Shown in pieces: positions 57,274-64,000 of a stretch of DNA of 64,000 nucleotides (positions are counted from its first letter, which is position 1; each line of letters opens with the position of its first letter). Position numbers and translations under genes: made by a program. Source of the stretch: Macrostomum lignano (Eukaryota); contig NIVC01002324.1 of assembly GCA_002269645.1 (NCBI GenBank), positions 1-64,000 on the forward strand, read 5' to 3'. Below the pieces are notes generated by a model. The model was not told where the DNA came from, made no database searches, and saw only the letters and a program-made list of their open reading frames with translations.

Positions 57274-57591
57274 TTAACCGTGGTAAGCGACGATGTGGAC
57301 GTGGTGGCGACGGTGATAGCGCCTGCGGTAATAGCGCCGGTAAAAGCGCCTGCGGTAATAGCGCCTGCGGCTGTGGTACACAAAATAGTGGCGACGCCTA
57401 CGACGACGGAAGAACAACTTCTCCTCGGGAGCCAGGTCGCTGTCCGATTCGGCCAACTCCGGCTCAGCCATGTCGGCCAGGGCATCGTTGGAAGCCTCGT
57501 CCAGGTTGTCGTCGTCGACTTGCTCAGCCGGGCTGGCGTAGACCGCCAGCGCCACGCACAGGAGGAGACCAAGGGCGAACTGCCACTTCAT
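57274..57591 (-). CDS. Secreted cationic peptide precursor E (105 aa: signal, 39-aa acidic pro-piece, 47-aa Arg/Tyr/His-rich peptide ending in Gly)
   Basis: ATG 57591. MKWQFALGLLLCVALAVYA|SPAEQVDDDNLDEASNDALADMAEPELAESDSDLAPEEK|LFFRRRRRRHYFVYHSRRRYYRRRFYRRYYRRRYHRRHHVHIVAYHG. Signal peptide identical to gene B; TATA and AATAAA present. Confidence 0.92.
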   Translation of the reverse strand: MKWQFALGLLLCVALAVYASPAEQVDDDNLDEASNDALADMAEPELAESDSDLAPEEKLFFRRRRRRHYFVYHSRRRYYRRRFYRRYYRRRYHRRHHVHIVAYHG

Positions 57592-57684
57592 TGCTGCTGC
57601 TGCTTTAGAAATCAAAGACAACAAACTCGGTTCGCAAAGATGCTACCCGACTTGGGAGCTCCTGGGCGCTTCACACAAGCCTTA

Positions 57685-57690
57685 TTTATA
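57685..57690 (-). promoter_or_regulatory. TATA box of peptide gene E
   Basis: GGGTC-TATAAATA on the - strand, 94 nt upstream of the ATG. Confidence 0.75.
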
Positions 57691-59984
57691 GACCCACTTT
57701 GATGGGGACGGTCACGTTTTCGCTTTATTATTGCCAGCTGGACCCCTTAACACGTGAAACGTGAAGATTTAGTTTTTTTGAGCACACGCGTCTGCAGCTG
57801 ACACGCCCTATGGGCGCAGACACACCCGTGCAGCGAGCTGACAGAAATTTCTGGAAAAGCAGTGGCAGCATCGAACACTACTCGAGCACGCAGCAATTGC
57901 TTGAAGCTTTTCTGCTCCATCTCAGTATCTCAATTCTCTTGATAAATAATAAGAAAGGCACACAATGCTGAGAATAATGGAGATTGCAATCAAGCCTTGC
58001 CCTCACTTCTATTTCTCTCTGTTTGGGTAAGACAGCAAAAACGTTTTGCTACTGCATCATTTTCCTGTCTCTCTCCACTCATTTCTGATTTTCTGTTCGC
58101 ACCCAACTCGGTGAGTTTGCACAAACTAGGACACCTGCTGCAGAAAACTTTGATGCTGCCAGTTTCTTACGGTTTAACAAACAGATTGGCCCAAGTAAAC
58201 ATTAAAATGTTATTGAAAAGTCAGTGAAGAACTCAACAAGGACTGCCAGACTAAGATGAGTGCTGCTCCAAGAATTTGTGTCTTTGTGACAAAATGCTTG
58301 ATTGAGAACCTTTCGGTGCATTGCACTGCACTTCATACATATGCATGTAACTGCATTAACTTACTTAGGCCTGAGACTATTAGAATAATTGGTCGTCCAT
58401 GCGTAAGACCTGAAAACTCTTCTGAGCAGTCGAAGCCAGTCGAAGCTATTCGAACGCACCCTTTATCTGCTGATACTGAAAACAACACTTACTGATAAAG
58501 GAGCAGCTAACGAGTCAGTTATTCCTTGAATCCATTTTTAAGCTCTTCTTTTTACATATACTGCAGTTCGCATTCATTTGACGATAAGTCAGTCAGACTT
58601 CGCAGTCGGAATTCGATCATTGTGTGTTCAAATCGATCATTGTATTGCACAATCTGCCATCGACAGAGGGTGATTAGCAGAGATGGGGCATTGCACTCTT
58701 GTTGAATTCCGGATGTGACCATAGGTGCTAACCAAGAGCTCCGATACCCATGCTCCTTAAATGATTCGTTGCAAACGCTTTGAGAATCAGTTTAGTCTTG
58801 TAACGAATCTGCTATTCGAATGATTGAATTGGTCGCTCATGTGCCATGGCTCTCCGCCATACCGTATACTTGCTAAGCGCAAGTCTTGTAGACTCTCAAG
58901 ATTAAAATTTCTTATCTGGTATAGCTTTTTTTACCTATGGTCGCGAATCTTTTAATCAATCTCGCAAACTCTCTATCTGCAATCGAAGAGTGACCACATG
59001 TTCGGTTTATAATCTTTGAGTTCACCAGATATTCTGTACCTCTACAATGTAGAAATCAAACAGTGAGACACCGTATTCGTTCGGTTGCTCAAGCATTGGA
59101 TAACACCGACGCTTTGAATTAAGCCTCCTGAGCAATTCAGATAATCAACCCACTCCATTAACTTGAGTTAGGAGTTTACAGCATCGCGATTTTTTGTCTC
59201 ACTGTTTACTGAGACAAAAATGTGTTGAAGATTATTTTAGGGTCCAGTTAGAAAATAAAAAGTGACGCTTAACACACTACTTAAAGTACGAATAAAAACA
59301 TGACAACAATTGGGTTAACTTCTTTGAGAATTTTTTTTGAAAATAAAAGTCTAAACCACAAAATACACGCGCTAACGCGCACTCGTGGTCTAGGCATTGT
59401 TACACTTGCAAGCCGTACACTCTCTCCATTGGCTACCTTCAAAACCATAGGCTCGATCTGCATGTAGCTTGTGCCATTGCCAGTGGGTTCGGTCCGTGGA
59501 TGAATAAAACCATGGATTTCTCGAGGCCCCCGTTCGCACCGATTGGCTACTGTAGATTCCATTGCTGTAAATTCGGTGCAAGTTGCAGTTCTGATTCATA
59601 CTTAAAAGACAAAACGACTGACTACAAGTAGTAAAAGAAGCTGAACTTTAAACCATTGAGATGGCGTGTCATTATTTGCATATCCAGTCAAGGATGAACA
59701 AAGGCTGACTATTTGTCTTGACATCGTTAAAACAGATCGAGTATTCACACCGACATGAATCAAGTACCAGTGTGAGCTCCATTTCAAGAACGAAGACTTT
59801 CCTACTTTGGCACAGGGAGGCCATGCAAGCTCCTGGTAAGAGTAGAAAAAGATTGAGACGTACGAATGTCTCGATCATCCAGTCCTGCAACGCTTTGCTG
59901 CTGAAGGCCCAGAATTGTACTGCATTCCTTGTCTTAATTGTACTTTTTCAATAATTTTCTAAACCTGCAGCTTCAATTACCTTA

Positions 59985-61712
59985 GTGCGTCCAAAAAGTT
60001 CTCAGACACCCCTCATATCTCTGCATCTGTTTGATTGAGTTTGATGAAAAAATGCAGAAACATAGACCAATATGTAATGAATTCAGTGCTAAAGTTTCAG
60101 CTTAATCAGGTTGACAGAACAAAAGCAATCCATCATTTACTGAGGAGCCTACGAAATTAGCAATAAGATTTTTGAAGAGAATCGAATCTGGACTCCAGTG
60201 GTGACATTGTAATTATACTTTTACCCAGACGCAATGAAAAAATATTTTGGCCATTATTCCACAGTTTTGATGTGTAGCATAGACATTTGGATTGAAAAAA
60301 TCCATCGCTCAGTATTTTGTTAATAAATACAGAACAACAAGAAGTAAATGAACAAAAAGGAAAAATCATTAAAACTAAAGTACCAGCTACACGAAAAGAG
60401 TTAATAATAAATGTCACAGCTAGTGCAGTTTATCAGTTTGTAGTCGAAATTTGACAATGTAAAAATCAATTTGTCACCCAAGTGAAACATGCAGTTCTCA
60501 AAGCCGCAGTTTCCAAAGATGCTCGACACTTAGCCTGATGATTTGGCACTGCAAAAGGAGTTGGTCTATTTTGAATGTTTTCTATGAAAGAGAAATACAG
60601 GTGCTCAAGTATAGTTGCCGAACTTACCATTTGAAAGATGCACGTCTTGGTTAAATTGGCATGCGACTGATGAGCTTCGTCTGATGAGCTTCTTTGGTGA
60701 GCTTCTTTGGTCCACAAAAGTGTGGAATAATGGCCGCAAAAGTGTAGAATAATGATAGATTGTCTACCTCCAAAACCATATACACAAACACATTGTCTCA
60801 TGAATGTATTTTTAGAAGCCTAAAATAATGATTCCTAAGCGTGGAATAATGAGCGTACAGCATGACACAATGACTGGGCGCTGAGAGAAAGTTTATAATT
60901 TTTATAAAAATGAGCTGCAATGAGCTACGCGCACTCGAGTTTTGGCCATTATTCAACTCAGTTGCATACTATACAATCTACCATTGCAGCTCATTTTTAT
61001 AAAAATTATTCAGAAAAATATCACTGCTTTCGCTGGGTATTGAAAAATACCTTAATTAATTGAATACTAATACAAGCTGTGAAGGTTTAGCCATAGATTA
61101 AAGAGCAAAAAAACAAAGCAGTAAGCAGCATAGCAACATAGCCAGAGTGCGCAGAGATTCAGATGCTGAGACGCGGAACCAGCCTCAGGTGGTTTAAGAG
61201 CAAAAGAATCGCCAATACGAAGTCTGCTTGCAACAAAGGGCGGCAGTTTCAGGTCTGGGAGACGAGTTCAAGAGCTGATTCAGCACGCAGAATGAGTCCA
61301 AGAGGACAGCGGTTCGTCAAGCTGCAAACTGAGCTGCAAACTGCTGCTGAGGGGCTGATCAGAGCGACACCTAGGGATATGTGGTCGGCGTGGATTGAGG
61401 ACTGAGGAGTTGCCGATGTGATATGACAAGTGCATTCGACAGAATGAAGATTCTTCTGAAGAATTTCACGATTGGTGATCTGTTTTTTGTTTGAACTGTT
61501 TGCTCGGTAACTTTTACATTTTATTGAGTTTAAAATCGTATTGCTAATTTCGTAGGTTCGTCAGTAAAAGATCGATTGCTTTTGCTCTGTCAACCCGATT
61601 AAGCTGAAACTTAAGCACTGAATTCATTACATATAGGTCCATGTTTGTGTAAATTTTTATAAAAATCAATTGAACAGATGCATAGATAGGAGGGGTGTCT
61701 AAGTTTCATATG
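59985..61712. mobile_element. Decayed Tc1/mariner-like non-autonomous element with about 165-bp inverted termini
   Basis: 60001-60165 aligns, with scattered mismatches, to the reverse complement of 61541-61705. The left end GTGCGTCCAAAAAGTTCTCAGACACCCC resembles Tc1-family termini. No transposase recognised. Confidence 0.6.
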
Positions 61713-62204
61713 TCTGTCTGTCTGTCTGTCAGTCCTGCATGTTCCTGCATCTGTTTCTCCTGGAGAAGAAATCTTTCAATGCATTTATATTACTTTATTT
61801 TGAGCATCAGTAATATTGATGCTACGGCACGTTTTCTTTTTTTTATTCTTTGCGATATAACAGGGCTTTGCACATATTAGAATGATTGAGTTTGAAAGTT
61901 CATTTATTAGGAAATTAAGAAAACCTCTGGCTTTAATAGTATTAACTCTTGTCTCGAAATTACATTAGCCTCTCAGATACGCATTTGAAATACGCGCGAA
62001 AAATATGAAAACTAGTGTAATGGCTGAAACAATTTTATAGGACTTAGAAATCTAATTCCTTGCAAAAATTTCGCTTCGATCGGAACGACTGAGTCCATTT
62101 CACCAGCTCGTATTCGTCTGAAATGTGGAGGTGTTTGAGTACGGTGTTGTTATCTCGAAAGCCGCTTTAATTGCATTCACTGTAAAATTGGTGGCACTTC
62201 TTCA

Positions 62205-62870
62205 GTCTAACAGGTGACATAATTCTAGTCTAACAGGTGACAATCCTAGTCTAACAGGTGACATAATTCTAGTCTAACAGGTGACATAATTCTAGTCTAA
62301 CAGGTGACAATCCTAGTCTAACAGGTGACATAATTCTAGTCTAACAGGTGACATAATTCTAGTCTAACAGGTGACATAATCCTAGTCTAACAGGTGACAT
62401 AATCCTAGTCTAACAGGTGACATAATCCTAGTCTAACAGGTGACACAATTCTAGTCTAACAGGTGACACAATCCTAGTCTAACAGGTGACACAATTCTAG
62501 TCTAACAGGTGACACAATCCTAGTCTAACAGGTGACACAATCCTAGTCTAACAGGTGACACAATTCTAGTCTAACAGGTGACACAATCCTAGTCTAACAG
62601 GTGACACAATTCTAGTCTAACAGGTGACATAATTCTAGTCTAACAGGTGACATAATCCTAGTCTAACAGGTGACAATCCTAGTCTAACAGGTGACATAAT
62701 TCTAGTCTAACATGTGACATAATCCTAGTCTAACATGTGACATAATCCTAGTCTAACAGGTGACATAATCCCAGTCTAACAGGTGGCATAACCCCAGTCT
62801 AACATGTGACATAATCCTAGTCTAACAGGTGACATAATCCTATTCTAACAGGTGGCATAACCCACTAGCA
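62205..62870. repeat. 21-23-nt minisatellite (CTAGTCTAACAGGTGACATAATT)
   Basis: Direct inspection. Confidence 0.95.
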
Positions 62871-63370
62871 CTCCTGGCTACCAGGACCACATTGTAATGA
62901 ACTGATGACTCACACAGGACTCTAGTGCGGACCACGTGACTGATGCACTCAACAATGCCGCCCAGGTCGCCCAGCCTGAACCATCTGGCCTGGGTTCGCA
63001 GCCATGCGGGCATCTGCCGGTGCTGCTGTCTCTGCTGCTCCGCTTCAAATGCCAGCCACACCAGCTGACAGGAGGGCCGATTCTCCAGGAGCTCGGCCAG
63101 CACCGACTGCTCCCCGGCTGAAACCGGCCGATCTGTCTGCAGGAACAGGCAGTGACAGGACTCATCAGCTGTCAGCTGATCGATTGACTTGGCTCGAACT
63201 CGATACCAGCTCTTGGTCACACCGTAGTCGCATTTCAACTTTTTCACCACCCGATGCAGCACCGAGGAGGCTGAGGCTGCAGCGGATTCCGCCCCGACTC
63301 CGGCTGTCAAAAGAAGAACTTCAACGGGATCGCTGGCGCGAATATTTGAACTGCTGTACAGCTGACCCAT
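62840..63370 (-). CDS. Probable coding exon, 176 aa from MGQLYS; alternating beta/alpha pattern, possibly TIR/SEFIR-like
   Basis: GC-rich, non-repetitive ORF in AT-rich surroundings. TATAAA on the - strand at 63468-63473, about 98 nt upstream of ATG 63370. The last codons run into the repeat edge, so the gene may instead splice at CTG|GTAGCC (about 62882). Confidence 0.6.
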   Translation of the reverse strand: MGQLYSSSNIRASDPVEVLLLTAGVGAESAAASASSVLHRVVKKLKCDYGVTKSWYRVRAKSIDQLTADESCHCLFLQTDRPVSAGEQSVLAELLENRPSCQLVWLAFEAEQQRQQHRQMPAWLRTQARWFRLGDLGGIVECISHVVRTRVLCESSVHYNVVLVARSASGLCHLLE

Positions 63371-64000
63371 GAATAACTGCTGTGTGCGGTGTTTTGAGTG
63401 TTGCAGGCTTGCACAGGCCAATTCTATTGTTAGTTATAGTCACCCGAGTGGCAAAATTGGCTCTCTATTTATACTTGTACTCGTGTCTGTATTTTCACCT
63501 TCTTACTCATCTCCACCTCAACACATTGAAACCTCTGCTCCAAGCTATTGTGCGTTGTACGTTGAAGATATTTCGTTAAATAAGCATTAAAAGCAATTTC
63601 TTACCTCCTTGAGTTTGGGACTTAAAAAAATATATATTTAAAAAGTTTTAATGAATAAAACCAAGGACTCATCAGGCGGATAAGTAGTGCGGATGAATTT
63701 TTGTATGCAATGAATTTCGCAGTCCACGTCACTCACGCCACACCAGCATCAGTGATGCCTGCAGTAGCGAGACTGACGAATCTCTGCACCCTGCTGACTC
63801 GTGTCCAAGATCCAGAATCACACAGTCCTTGATCGAAGTCTTGATTAGAAACCCTTATTAACTTGAGCAGTTCCCTAGCTCTCGGTCAGATAGGGCGCGG
63901 CAGTGCATTCCCCCCCCCCTGGGCCCATGTTTTTGGGCCAACCACCTTCCGCAAACCGTCTGCATCAACCCCCATCGCCTAGCTGCCTTCAACCGCCCCC

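Noticed and set aside
59281-59954. Short ORFs that might be DNA-transposase fragments
   Set aside because: No diagnostic motif I can verify by eye.

Overview
Repeat-rich, intron-containing eukaryotic (invertebrate-like) genomic DNA. The style of minisatellites and GC-rich exons suggests a flatworm such as Macrostomum, but that is a guess. The left half holds three spliced genes that I could model by hand with in-frame GT-AG junctions: the 3' end of a WD40 gene (+), a PDZ-DH(RhoGEF)-PH gene (-, 906 aa) and an orphan Pro/Glu-rich low-complexity gene (+, 936 aa). About 30 micro/minisatellite arrays lie between and within them. The most striking feature is at 43.7-57.8 kb: a tandem family of intronless genes for secreted precursors, each with a 19-aa signal peptide, an acidic pro-piece and an extremely cationic Arg/Tyr/Phe(/His)-rich, Cys-free peptide ending in Gly (probable amidation). 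There are three intact copies and two broken copies, with conserved TATA promoters and duplicated flanks. The layout resembles antimicrobial-peptide precursors such as Hydra arminins, but I do not recognise the family. The cluster also contains a Penelope fragment with a minimal hammerhead ribozyme, a LINE 3' end, a CORE-type SINE, and a Harbinger-like element carrying two nested P-like foldback insertions with perfect TSDs. A possible myristoylated TIR/SEFIR-like ORF lies at the right end. All domain assignments come from motif recognition by eye; no searches were run.
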